DNA from: Macrostomum lignano | Lineage: Eukaryota | DNA length: 64,000 nt | Reading direction: 5' to 3' | Assembly (NCBI GenBank): GCA_002269645.1 | Contig: NIVC01003477.1 | Coordinates: forward strand, 32,015-96,014 | Part shown: positions 49,068 to 61,900 of the stretch, piece after piece | How the letters are laid out: every line of letters starts with the position of its first letter | Numbering within the stretch: the stretch's first letter is position 1 | Made by a program: the position numbers and the translations under genes | The notes under the pieces: generated by a model | Databases searched by the model: none | What the model was told of the DNA's origin: nothing | The model's input: the letters and a program-made list of their open reading frames with translations, nothing else

Positions 49068-49512
49068 ACCGATATGTATAGATAGTTATGTAAAATTTAT
49101 TTCCAGCTAATATAGTCTACCGATATGTATAGATAGTTAATTAAAATGATTTCCAGCTAATATTGTATACCGATATGTATCGATAGTTATGTAAAATGAT
49201 TTCCAGCTAATATTGTCTACCGATATGTATCGATAGTTATGTAAAATGAGTAAAATGATTTCCAGCTAATATTGTATACCGATATGTATCGATAGTGATG
49301 TAAAATGAGTAAAATGATTTCCAGCTAATATTGTATACCGATATGTATCGATAGTTATGTAAAATGATTTCCAGCTAATATTGTCTATTGATATGTATCG
49401 ATAGTTATGTAAAATGAGTAAAATGATTTCCAGCTAATATTGTATACCGATATGTATCGATAGTTATGTAAAATGATTTTCAGCTATTATTGTCTACCGA
49501 TATGTATCGAAA
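49068..49512 (+). repeat. AT-rich minisatellite, 50/59-bp unit CCGATATGTATCGATAGTTATGTAAAATGATTTCCAGCTAATATTGTATA
   Basis: Starts ~15 bp after the USP stop. Confidence 0.9.
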
Positions 49513-51167
49513 AGAAACACAAAAGTTTAATCATTTTTGCTCATAAATTAGCTTAACGAAAGTAGGCATTATCGTATCTATTCATTTTAATTCCATCTTT
49601 CCGTATCTACATAGTAGTTTTGTGTTGCCGATATGTATCGAAAATTGTATGAAAAGCTAATTACGAAAGTTTTGCAAACTACTTTTATTTGTTATATTTG
49701 ATTATCTATTCTGTGATCTAAACTTCTTATTCTGTAAGTAAGATGGCTAACTGGACGAAATTATTTTTTAATAATTTTAAAAGTATCGACCGATATGTAT
49801 CGAAAGTTAGGCTTTTCATCGAGTCTTTGTCTACGGCAATCTAATTTTATTGTTCGCGTCTCTGTCCTCAAAGCTCAGGACGGTTTTCACTGATATATAT
49901 TTGTAATACTATCTATGAAAGCAGCAATATAGTATGTAATATGTTTTCAGTGTCGTAATAGGATATATATGCATATTGTAAAACCTCCGATGTTGTGATT
50001 CATTGCTTCATCTGTCTGGCTTCCACTTGTTTTAAGCTGTTATAAGCTATAATCTTACTGATGTTGTAAGTGCGTATTTCAATAGTTTTTATAAATGAGC
50101 TTTTTTACGTTTTTAGTGGTCACTTCCTTTTTTATTATAATCGTCCAAAATCATATTTGTTATCTGTAGAGGCTTCAATAAATGTACATGTTGTACTATA
50201 AAGTTATTTTTTATTATTATTGGGCTTTGGAATCGAGATATTTAAATTCACCAGGCCCTCCGGTTTTCTTCAGCTGTGTACTTTTGTATTCAATGTATTT
50301 TAAAGTTCTTAATGTGCTTTAGTTCTGTTTTAAACAACTTTTATGGCTCCAATTAAGTATTCGCTGACCTTGCCCTGCCTTAATCTTCCGTTTATTATTT
50401 ATTTTGATATGGACTTTAAGTTGCAGCTTATAGTCTTTTTTAGAACCTTTTATTAGTTCTTAATTCCATTTCCTGCTTGCCTCCATTTTTATACTTAGAT
50501 TTTATTGCATAAACTACTGACAAGAAGTAGGTAGTACCGCTTTTCAGCTATTAATATTTCAAATTATTTATTTATGTCACAACTTTTCTTATCGTGTTTA
50601 AAGTAAGAAATTATTGCTGGTTTGTGTTCCAGCGGGTTTATGTTCTTCTATTTTATATAATTCTATTTTAATATATCACTAATCACAATGTTGTTATTTA
50701 CTTCATAAACATGTGTTGTTTAGATTTATTTCGATTTTTTCTACGTCTAAAAATAGCTATTTCTAGGCTTGTATAGTTAGTACATGAATGTACTTTTAAT
50801 GAGTAACTAACAGTTTGCATGTTGTCTATATATAAACTGTGAATATTAAATTTTCTAGGTTTCTGTTTGAGATTTTTACTTTAAATATTAGTACGTTTGT
50901 ACTTTTATCGTTTCATATATGCTATGCGTGTTAATAAAAGTACATATTTTAATTTACTATTTATGTACTTTTATTGATACCTTCGAAGACTCTCGGTCTT
51001 TAGTGCAAGTGTACTTTTTATTGATGTAATAAAGTACGCGATGTACTTTAAAATACTTTGATTGATTTTGTCTGCTTATTTCAATTTTGATTGCACATAT
51101 TTAATTGATCCACAATCCATTCCAGTCTTCAGTTGCCATCGCCAGGGGTTGAGACAGGCCATAAATC

Positions 51168-52546
51168 ATGTCCAATTATAACAGCAGAAGAAGCAACAGC
51201 GCCTCGGCAACCCGCCGCATCCTCATCGCCATTGACGGCAGCGAACACAGCGGGCGAGCCGTCGACTGGTACGCGGCCAACATGAACCAATCCGACGACG
51301 AGCTGCTATTTGTCTACGTTGTTGAGCCGCCGGCTGTTTCCTTGGCAACCAGGCTGACGCGCGCCGATGTCACGGCAGCTTATGCCAAGGTTGGTTCCTC
51401 TTGTGTCTTTTTTAGAAAAAAATTGACTCTGGCTCTGTGCAAATAATATTTTGTTCTACTCCCGGTGTACACCTGTGTGAGCCTGTGCCTGCTCAGGGCT
51501 CAGCGGAATGGGCAAGGTGGCAGGCCCTCCCTCTCCCTCTCTCCCTCCTCTCTCCTTCCTCATCCCTCTCTATCCTCTCTCCCTCTTTTCTCTCCCTCTC
51601 TCCCTCTCTCCCTCTCTACCCTCTCTCCCTCTTCTCTCTCCCTCTCTCCCTCCTCCCTCTACCCTCACTCCCTCTCTACCCTCTCTCCCTCTTCTCTCTC
51701 CCTCTCTCCCTCCTCCCTCTACCCTCACTCCCTCTCTATATCCTCTCTCCCTCTTCTCTCTCCCTCTCTCCCTCCTCCCTCTCTACCCTCTCTCTCCCTC
51801 TCTCCTCCCTCTCCCTCTACCCTCTCTCCCTCTCCCACTCTACCTTCTCCCCTCTCCCACTCTACCCTCTCCCCTCTCCCACTCTACCCTCTCCCCTCTC
51901 CCTCTACCCTCTCTCCCTCTCCTCTCCTTTCTCTCTACCCTCTCTCCCTCTCCCACTCTACCCTCTCCCCTCTCCCTTTCTACCCTCTCTCCTATTTATC
52001 TTTTCTTGCTTCCGATTTTCTTATCCAATCATTTCCACACGCACTGTCAATAGCTAATATTAATTTTTTTAAAGTTTTTACCCAGCTAAATGGCGCCACC
52101 AGTAGTCTAGCCAGTATAGTCCTACGCCTACTGGATACTCGAGTCTCGATTTGAATTGTTTCTAAGAAATCAATCGCGCCCAACCCCAGGCCGTAGACAA
52201 GGCAGTGGATGTCGGCCATCGCTTAGCCGCATCCGTGCGCGAGCAGTGCAACTCGGCTGGCATCAGTCAGACTATTCGATTCCTGGAGCGCATGGGTTCG
52301 AAACCGGGACCTGCCCTAGTCGAGGTTGCCAACGAGGAGCGAGCCGGTTTCATTGTGCTGGGCAGTCGGGGCCAGAGCCGGGTGCGGCGGACCTTCCTTG
52401 GCAGCGTGTCCGAGTACGTGCTGCACCATGCCCACCGGCCAGTGTGCATTGTGCCGCCGCCACAGCCGCCTTCTCAACCTGAAATAGCGAATCAGTCAGC
52501 CAGCAATGCCCGTCCCGATTTTAATAGTGACGGCAATACGAGTTGA
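51168..52546 (+). CDS. Second universal stress protein (UspA domain), ~192 aa; exons 51168-51389, 52190-52546
   Basis: RRILIAIDGSEHS; donor AAG|GTTGGT 51390 and acceptor CCCCAG 52189 (phase 0); VLGSRGQSRVRRTFLGSVSEYVLHHAHRPVCIVPP. Confidence 0.9.
51525..51992 (+). repeat. Polypyrimidine low-complexity tract (CTCT/CTACCCT)
   Basis: Intron of the second USP gene. Confidence 0.9.
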
Positions 52547-52564
52547 CTGCTGTACAATTCCCGT

Positions 52565-54087
52565 ACTATAGATTTTGGGAAGATATCCCTATGTTATGGA
52601 CTTTAGGATTTGTGAAGATACCCCATATTGGATTTTGGGGGGAAGATATCCCATATTGGATTTTGACGGGGAAGATATCCCATATTGGGTTTGAAAAGAT
52701 ATCCCATATTGGATTTTGGGGGGAAAATATCCCATATTGGTTTTGAAAAGATATCCCATATTGGATTTTGGGGGGAAGATATCCCCATATTGGTTTTGAA
52801 AAGATATCCCATATTGGATTTTGGGGGGAAGATATCCCCATATTGGGTTTGAAAAGATATCCCATATTGGATTTTGGGGGGAAAATACCCCATATTGGAT
52901 TTTGGTAAGATATCCCATATTGGATTTTGGGGGAAGATATCCCATATTGGATTTTGGGGGAAGATATCCCCATATTGGGTTTGAAAAGATATCCCATATT
53001 GGATTTTGGGGGGAAAATATCCCATATTGGATTTTGGGAAGATATCCCATATTGGATTTTGGGGGGAAGATATCCCATATTGGGTTTGAAAAGATACCCC
53101 ATATTGGATTTTGGGGGGAAGATATCCCATATTGGATTTTGGGGGAAAATACCCCATATTGGATTTTGGGGGAAGATATCCCCATATTGGGTTTGAAAAG
53201 ATATCCCATATTGGATTTTGGGGGAAGATATCCCCATATTGGGTTTGAAAAGATATCCCATATTGGATTTTGGGGGGAAAATATCCCATATTGGATTTTG
53301 GGAAGATATCCCATATTGGATTTTGGGGGAAGATATCCCATATTGGGTTTGAAAAGATATCCCATATTGGATTTTGGGGGGAAGATATCCCCATATTGGG
53401 TTTTGGGAAGATATCCCATATTGGATTTTGGGGGAAGATATCCCCATATTGGGTTTGAAAAGATATCCCATATTGGATTTTGGGGGAAGATATCCCCATA
53501 TTGGATTTGAAAAGATATCCCATATTGGATTTTGGGGGGAAGATATCCCATATTGGATTTTGGGAAGATATCCCATATTGGATTTTGGGGGAAGATATCC
53601 CATATTGGGTTTGAAAAGATATCCCATATTGGATTTTGGGGGGAAGATATCCCCATATTGGGTTTTGGGAAGATATCCCATATTGGATTTTGGGAAGATA
53701 TCCCCATATTGGGTTTGAAAAGATATCCCATATTGGATTTTTGGGGGAAGATATCCCCATATTGGGTTTGAAAAGATATCCCATATTGGATTTTGGGGGG
53801 AAGATATCCCCATATTGGATTTTGGGGGAAGATATCCCATATTGGGTTTGAAAAGATATCCCATATTGGATTTTGGGAAGATATCCCCATATTGGATTTT
53901 GGGAAGATATCCCTATGTTATGGACTTTAGGATTTGTGAAGATACCCCATATTGGATTTTGGGAAGATATCCCTATGTTATGGACTTTAGGATTTGTGAA
54001 GATACCCCATATTGGATTTTGGGAAGATATCCCTATGTTATGGACTTTAGTTAGATATCCCATATTGGATTTTGGAAGATATCCCAA
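52565..54087 (+). repeat. Mosaic minisatellite, 26-29-bp units around GATATCCCATATTGGATTTTGGGGGGAA / ...GGGTTTGAAAA
   Basis: Starts ~20 bp after the second USP stop. Confidence 0.95.
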
Positions 54088-54519
54088 ATTCTATGTTTCT
54101 AGTGAAATTTCGCAATATTGTTTATAAGGATGACTTGATTAAGTCTTTAAAAAATACCCTGTTGTAATGTGTTACAAAAATTAGAGTTGACTTTATTGAT
54201 TCCTTTTCTGGTTTTCTACCATTTTTCATCAGCAGTGTATTTTCGTTGTATTATACAATACAGTAAGCTAAGTGTCTGTGACTCTATTACGTTAGAATCA
54301 ATGTATATGTATTGTATTGCTTTTTGTAAGTACAAATAATGAAGCTGCAGGCGCACAAATATATTATTGTTTTTGTTGTTTTTGCTGTGATGATGCAATT
54401 CATTTTTAATTTAATTGACTTTTGAGACTAAAGAGGCTAAAGAATGACATAAAGTATGCGAATTTGGCAGTTGTTACTGGTGGCTAGTACAGTTGGCTCT
54501 TGTTTTGAAACTCATGCAG

Positions 54520-55520
54520 AGTAGATTTGGTCATAGATATTCATATGCAATCAAAAGTAGATTGGTCATAAATATTCAATCAAAAGTAGATTTGGTCATA
54601 GATATGTAATTGAAAGTAGATTTGGTCATAGATATGCAATGGAAAGTAGATTCGGTCATAGATATGCAATGGAAAGTAGATTCGGTCATAGATATTCATA
54701 TGCAATCAAAAGTAGATTGGTCATAAATATTCAATCAAAAGTAGATTTGGTCATAGATATGCAATCGAAAGTAGATTTGGTCATAGATATGCAATCGAAA
54801 GTAGATTTGGTCATAGATATGCAATGGAAAGTAGATTCGGTCATAGATATGCAATGGAAAGTAGATTCGGTCATAGATATGCAATGGAAAGTAGATTCGG
54901 TCATAGATATGCAATGGAAAGTAGATTCGGTCATAGATATGCAATGGAAAGTAGATTTGGTCATAGATATGCAATGGAAAGTAGATTTGATCATAAATAT
55001 TCAATCAAAAGTAGATTTGGTCATAGATATGCAATTAAAAGTAGATATGATCATAGATGTTCAATGGAAAGTAGATTTGGTCATAGGTATGCAATGGAAA
55101 GTAGATTCGGTCATAGATATGCAATGGAAAGTAGATTCGGTCATAGATATGCAATGGAAAGTAGATTCGGTCATAGATATGCAATGGAAAGTAGATTCGG
55201 TCATAGATATGCAATGGAAAGTAGATTCGGTCATAGATATGCAATTGAAAGTAGATTTGATCATAAATATTCAATCAAAAGTAGATTTGATCATAAATAT
55301 TCAATCAAAAGTAGATTTGATCATAAATATTCAATCTAAAGTAGATTTGATCATAAATATTCAATCAAAGTAGATTGGTCATAGATATGCAATGGAAAGT
55401 AGATTTGGTCATGGATATGCAATGGAAAGTAGATTTGATCATAAATATTCAATCAAAGTAGATTGGTCATAGATATGTAATTTAAAGTAGATTTGGTAAT
55501 ATATATGCAATCGAAAGTAG
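54520..55520 (+). repeat. Minisatellite, 30-bp unit GTAGATTCGGTCATAGATATGCAATGGAAA
   Basis: Read directly. Confidence 0.95.
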
Positions 55521-56064
55521 TTTTGAGTGGATTCGGTCATTCAACGTTCATTTGGTCATAGACAGTTTTTAATGCAACAGTGCTCATAGACCAGTCAACC
55601 GAAATCAATGTTCATAAGTCATTACTAGCAACTGTGTCAAAGTTTGAAATTCTGCCTTTTATTGACTGCATTCCAAGCGCTTGTAAGTTGGGCTCAAAAC
55701 ACATTCTTTTACTATTTTTAGCATTTATTTTTTGAAACTTTTGAACCTTTGATGGTTTTTTGCTACCATTTTCATGCTAGCTTACTAGCAGTAGTAAAAT
55801 TTGCGCAATAAATTTGTTGTTTTGTAATCTAGATTTTGTTAGGTTTTTTGTCTTGCCTGTTTTCTTCATGTCAGTGTTAGTTTTGTCAGAATATATGCTA
55901 CTTTTCTGATCATGTAAAATTTATGATTATGCTGTTGGACTTTTTCAATTTCGCTATTTTTGTATCAAAATCTTACCAAAAATCATCAATCATAGAATAA
56001 TCTAGGTCATGGAAAAGTCATTGGTCATTGAACAAATTTCGGTCATTGAAAAAAACTAATCAGA

Positions 56065-57090
56065 TATAGACGGAACAGTCATCGGTCATAGACAAAACAG
56101 TCATCGGTCATAGACAAAACAGTCATCGGTCATAGACGGAACAGTCATCGGTCATAAACAGAACAGTCATTGGTCATAGACAGAACAATCATCGGTCATA
56201 GACAAAGCAGTCATTGGTCATAGACAAAGCAGTCATCGGTCATAGACAGAACAGTCAGTCATTGGTCATAGACAAAGCAGTCATTGGTCATAGACAAAGC
56301 AGTCATTGGTCATAGACAAAGCAGTCATTGGTCATAGACAAAGCAGTCATTGGTCATAGACAAAGCAGCCATCGGTCATAGACAAAGCAGCCATCGGTCA
56401 TAGACAAAGCAGTCATCGGTCATAGACAGAACAGTCAGTCATTGGTCATAGACAAAGTAGTCATTGGTCATAGGCAAAGCAGCCATCGGTCATAGATAAA
56501 GCAGTCATCGGTCATAGACAAAGCAGTCATCGGTCATAGACAGAACAGTCATCGGTCAAAGACGGAACAGTAATCAGTCATAGACAAAACAGTCATCGGT
56601 CATAGACAAAACAGTCATCGGTCATAGACAAAACAGTCATCGGTCATAGACGGAACAGTAATCAGTCATAGACAAAACAGTCATCGGTCATAGACAAAAC
56701 AGTCATCGGTCATAGACAGAACAGTCATCGGTCATAGACAAAGCAGCCATCGGTCATAGACAAAGCAGTCATCGGTCATAGACAGAACAGTCAGTCATTG
56801 GTCATAGACAAAGCAGTCATTGGTCATAGACAGAACAGTCAGTCATTGGTCATAGACAAAGCAGCCATCGGTCATAGACAGAACAGTCAGTCATTGGTCA
56901 TAGACAGAACAGTCAGTCATTGGTCATAGACAGAACAGTCAGTCATTGGTCATAGACAGAACAGTCAGTCATTGGTCATAGACAAAACAGTCATTGGTCA
57001 TAGACAAAGCAGTCATTGGTCATAGACAAAGCAGCCATCGGTCATAGACAAAGCAGTCATCGGTCATAGACAAAGCAGCCATCGGTCATA
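56065..57090 (+). repeat. Minisatellite, 22/26-bp unit GTCATTGGTCATAGACAAAGCA
   Basis: Ends ~20 bp before the bZIP exon acceptor. Confidence 0.95.
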
Positions 57091-57109
57091 CGCACCGCTG
57101 CATCCACAG

Positions 57110-57616
57110 GCGAGCGCCCTGCCAACCTTCGAATCCTCCGAATCCTCGGTCGCCCCGACCGATTCGGACGACTGCAGCTTGGCCGGCATCCCACTCTGGC
57201 TGTCCGACGCTCAACTGGCTGGGATCCCTGTCCGGGATCTGAACCGGCTCATGGAACAGCAGCGCCTCACGGAGGACCAAATCGCCCGAGTGAAGCGCTA
57301 CCGCCGCATGCTGAAGAATCGCGAATACGCCCTGTCGTCCAATCGTAGAAAAGACGAACTGTGCGCCGATCTGGAACGGCAGCGCGACGAACTGCGTCAG
57401 CTGGCCGCGTCGCAGGCGGCGTCGCTTCGTGCCCACCGTGGCCGAATTGAAGATTGGCAGGTGAAAATTGCCGGCCTTGAAGCCCTGCTAGACGGTCGGG
57501 CTGAGCTGCAGCAGTTGCCCGACGGCTTCTCCATGATGCGTCCGAAGGATGAGGCTGCGGATGCTGCTGGGGACTGCAGCACAGTGCCCAAGTCTACTGG
57601 CTACCAGTATCACTGA
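57110..57616 (+). CDS. Maf-like bZIP transcription factor, terminal exon; start codon unresolved
   Basis: LSDAQLAGIPVRDLNRLM...LTEDQIARVKRYRRMLKNREYALSS..RK...LE.QR resembles the Maf extended homology and basic regions. The frame is open from acceptor CCACAG 57109; the upstream coding exon was not identified. Confidence 0.72.
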   Translation, partial: ASALPTFESSESSVAPTDSDDCSLAGIPLWLSDAQLAGIPVRDLNRLMEQQRLTEDQIARVKRYRRMLKNREYALSSNRRKDELCADLERQRDELRQLAASQAASLRAHRGRIEDWQVKIAGLEALLDGRAELQQLPDGFSMMRPKDEAADAAGDCSTVPKSTGYQYH

Positions 57617-57719
57617 GTCAATGGGGGCTCTGTTTACTGTTAGCATTTCAGCATTGTAAATTGAATGGCGTGTTTTCCTAGTAATCGTACCTGGTATATT
57701 AACTAAACAAACTCTGTCT

Positions 57720-58580
57720 AATCCCATCTCCCCTTCAATTGGATCCCATCTCCCCTTCAATCAGGTCCCATCTCCCATTCAATCAGGTCCCATCTCCCCT
57801 TCAATCAGGTCCCATCTCCCCTTCAATCAGGTCCCATCTCCCATTCAATCAGGTCCCATCTCCCCTACAATCTGATCCCATCTCCCCTTCAATCAGATCC
57901 CATCTCCCCTACAATCAGATCCCATCTCCCCTTCAATCAGATCCCCTCTCCCCTACAATCTGATCCCATCCCCTCTTCAATCAGGTCCCATCTCCCCTAA
58001 AATCTGATCCCATCCCCTCTTCAATCAGATCCCATCTCCCCTTCAATTAGATCCCATCTCCCCTTCAATCAGATCCCATCTCCCCTACAATCAGGTCCCA
58101 TCTCCCCTACAATCTGATCCCATCTCCCATTCAATCTGATCCCATCTCCCCTACAATCTGACCCCATCTCCCCTTCAATCAGATCCCGTCTCCCTACAAT
58201 CAGATCCCATCTCCCTTCAATCAGATCCCATCTCCCCTACAATCTGATCCCATCCCCTCTTCAATCAGGTCCCATCTCCCCTAAAATCTGATCCCATCCC
58301 CTCTTCAATCAGATCCCATCTCCCCTTCAATTAGATCCCATCTCCCCTTCAATCAGATCCCATCTCCCCTTCAATCAGATCCCATCTCCCCTACAATCTG
58401 ATCCCATCTCCCCTACAATCTGATCCCATCTCCCCTACAATCAGGTCCCATCTCCCCTACAATCTGATCTTATCTCCCCTTCAATCAGATCCCGTCTCCC
58501 TTCAATCAGATCCCGTCTCCCCTTCAATCAGGTTCCATCTCCCTACAATCAGATCCCATCTCCCTTCAATTAGGTCCCAA
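57720..58580 (+). repeat. Minisatellite, 22-bp unit AATCAGATCCCATCTCCCCTTC
   Basis: Between the bZIP gene and HSD17B10. Confidence 0.95.
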
Positions 58581-58928
58581 GTCTAATTGCATTGGTTGCC
58601 CTCACAATGGCATTGCGTAGTACATGATGAAGTCTGCAAGTTATATGCATGATATGTATGTTCAGATTTTAACAATGGTTATGTCTATGTTTCATATCTT
58701 CAATTCCATGTACATATAAAAGATCTGTCCGTTGCTTTAATTTGTTTATACTGTGCTCAATAAATAAACGTCAATGACTTTTCTGATATCGTAAAGGTTT
58801 TTTAGTTATTTTCTAAAATGGCGTTGGAATTTGTTTCCTAGAAAAAGTTGTTACCAATTGGCTTTAAACTTCACCATTTAGATTGTGAATTATTTACATT
58901 TTTCCCGCAGCTGAGCTGACATATTAAC

Positions 58929-61900
58929 ATGACCGCTCTATTAAAATCTGTTACGGTGAGTTACATTTCTCGAATAATCACATCATGTTCTAATATCTAA
59001 TCCACCCTAATAATCATCCCTAATCCACCCTAATAAGCATCCCTAATCCACCCTAATAAGCATCCCTAATCCACTCTAATAAGTATCCTTAATCCACTCT
59101 AATAAGCATCCCTAATCCACCTAATAAGCATCCCTAATCCACTCTAATAAGCATCCCTAATCCACCTAATAAGCATCCCTAATCCACCCTAATAAGCATC
59201 CCTAATCCACCCTAATAAGCATCCCTAATCCACCCTAATAAGTATCCTTAATCCACCTAATAAGTATCCTTAATCCACTCTAATAAGCATCCCTAATCCA
59301 TCCTAATAAGTATCCTTAATCCACCCTAATAAGAATCCCTAATCCACTCTAATAAGCATCCCTAATCCACCCTAATAAGCATCCCTAATCCACCCTAATA
59401 AGCATCCCTAATCCACCCTAATAAGCATCCCTAATCCACCCTAATAAGCATCCCTAATCCACCCTAATAAGTATCCTTAATCCACCTAATAAGCATCCCT
59501 AATCCACTCTAATAAGTATCCTTAATCCACTCTAATAAGCATCCCTAATCCACCTAATAAGCATCCCTAATCCACCCTAGTAAGCATCCCTAATCCACCC
59601 TAATAAGCATCCCTAATCCACCCTAATAAGCATCCCTAATCCACCCTAACAATCATCCCTAATCCACCCTAATAAGCATCCCTAATCCACCCTAATAAGC
59701 ATCCCTAATCCACCCTAATAAGCATCCCTAATGCACCCTAATAATCATCCCTAATCCACCCTAATAAGCATCCCTAATCCACCCTAATAAGCATCCCTAA
59801 TCCACCCTAATAAGCATCCCTAATCCACCCTAATAATCATCCCTAATCCACCCTAATAATCATCCCTAATCCACCCTAATAAGCATCCCTAATCCACCCT
59901 AGTAGGCATCCCTAATCCACCCTAATAAGCATCCCTAATCCACTCTAATAAGCATCCCTAATCCACCCTAATAAGCATCACTAATCCACCCTAATAAGTA
60001 TCCCTAATCCATCCTAAAAACCATCCCTAATCCACCCTAATAAGTATCCTTAATCCACCTAATAAGCATCCCTAATCCACCCTAATAAGCATCCCTAATC
60101 CACTCTAATAAGCATCCCTAATCCACCCTAATAAGCATCCCTAATCCACCCTAATAAGCATCACTAATCCACCCTAATAATTATCCCTAATCCATCCTAA
60201 TAAGCATCACTAATCCACCCTAGTAAGCATCCCTAATCCACTCTAATAACCATCCCTAATCCACCCCCGCAGGGCCTCCGCGTGATGGTGACGGGCGGTG
60301 CCTCTGGCCTGGGCGCGACAACCGCAACCCAGCTGCTCAACCGAGGTGCTCGCGTCCTCATCGTTGACGTGGCCGAGTCCAACCCGACGACAAATGCCGG
60401 CTTCTGTCGGGCCGACATTACGGACGAGTCCGGCGTCGCCAGCGCGATGTCGGTCGCCGAGAAACAGCTTGGCGGACTGGACGCCGTGGTCAACTGCGCT
60501 GGCGAAGGCCTGGCCGCTCGGATGTACAACTGGAACAACGACACCGTCTTCAACCAGGATGACTTTCGTCGACTCCTGCAAGTCAACGCGCTGGGAACCT
60601 TCAACGTTTGCCGACTGGCTGCTCAGCTGATGGCAAAGAATCAGCCTGCTGCTTCTGCTGCTAGGAAAGACAAGAAGGCTGCGAAAAAAGCTGCTGCTGC
60701 CACTGATGCTGCTCAGCGAGGCGTGATTGTTAACACGTCATCTCTGTCTGCGTTTGATGGACAGGTGAATGTTTATGTTGGGATAGGCTTGCTGTTTGAG
60801 TAGGTAATCTGGTGTCTGAGTAGGTAGGCTCTGGTCTCTGAGTAGGTAGGCTCTGGTCTCTGAGTAGGTAGGCTCTGGTCTCTGAGTAGGTAGGCTTTGT
60901 GTCTGAGTAGGTAGGCTTTGTGTCTGAGTATGTAGGCTTTGTGTCTGAGTAGGTAGGCTCTGGTCTTTGAGTAGGTAGGCTTTGTGTCTGAGTAGGTAAG
61001 CTCTGGTCTCTGAGTAGGTAGGCTTTGTGTCTGAGTAGGTAGGCTCTGGTCTCTGAGTAGGTAGGCTTTGTGTCTGAGTAGGTAGGCTCTGGTCTCTGAG
61101 TAGGCAGGCTTTGTGTCTGAGTAGGTAGGCTTTGGTGTCTGAGTAGGTAGGCTTTGTGTCTGAGTAGGTAGTCTTTTGTGCCTGAGTAGTCAGACTTGGT
61201 GTCTAGGTAGGCAGTCTTTGTGTCTGAGTAGGTAGGCTTAGTGTTGAGTAGGTAGTCCTGGTGTCTGAGTAGGCAGGCTTTGTGTCTGAGTAAGTAGGCT
61301 CTGTGTCTGAGTAGGTAGGCTTTATGTCTGAGTAAGTAGTTTAGTTGTCTAAAGATGTAATAGCTGTGTTTTATGAGTTTTAGGGAGCGCCAATGTGGGC
61401 GGTTTAAAGTTGTAAACGGAGGAGACTTATTTCGTTAGAAAAAAACTTCATTTTTTTTTCACTCTCGCGGCAGGCAACCCAGACGATGTACTCGGCCAGC
61501 AAGGCGGCGGTGGCCGCAATGACCCTGCCTCTGTCCAGAGATCTGGCACCGCTGGGTATTCGTGTCTGCTGCATCGCTCCGGGTGAGATCTCAACTGAAT
61601 AGTCAACTTTAGAGCTTCCTGATAATCACATAGAGACACCCGGATTATCATCATTAGATCACCTTAAACGCGATCATTAAAATATCATGATAGCAATCCG
61701 ATACCGCATGATAATTAACCTAATCACCCAAAAAATCTTTCTCAAACTAACTCAAATATTAATCATCAAATTGCCTTGATGATCATCATCAACTCGCTCT
61801 GAGAATCATAATAAAATCACCCTGATAATCATCATCAAATCTCCCTGATAATCATCATCAAATCACCCTGATAACCATCACCAAAGCACTCTGATAATCA

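Noticed and set aside
49560-51110. AT-rich tract with recurring GTACTTT/AAAGTAC, possibly a decayed transposon
   Set aside because: No termini, TSD or protein motif could be supported by eye.
52566-55373. 400-500-aa repetitive ORFs on both strands
   Set aside because: Translations of minisatellites.
58992-60266. Telomere-like CCCTAA content
   Set aside because: CCCTAA occurs only as part of a 23-bp unit, not as tandem (CCCTAA)n; not an interstitial telomere.
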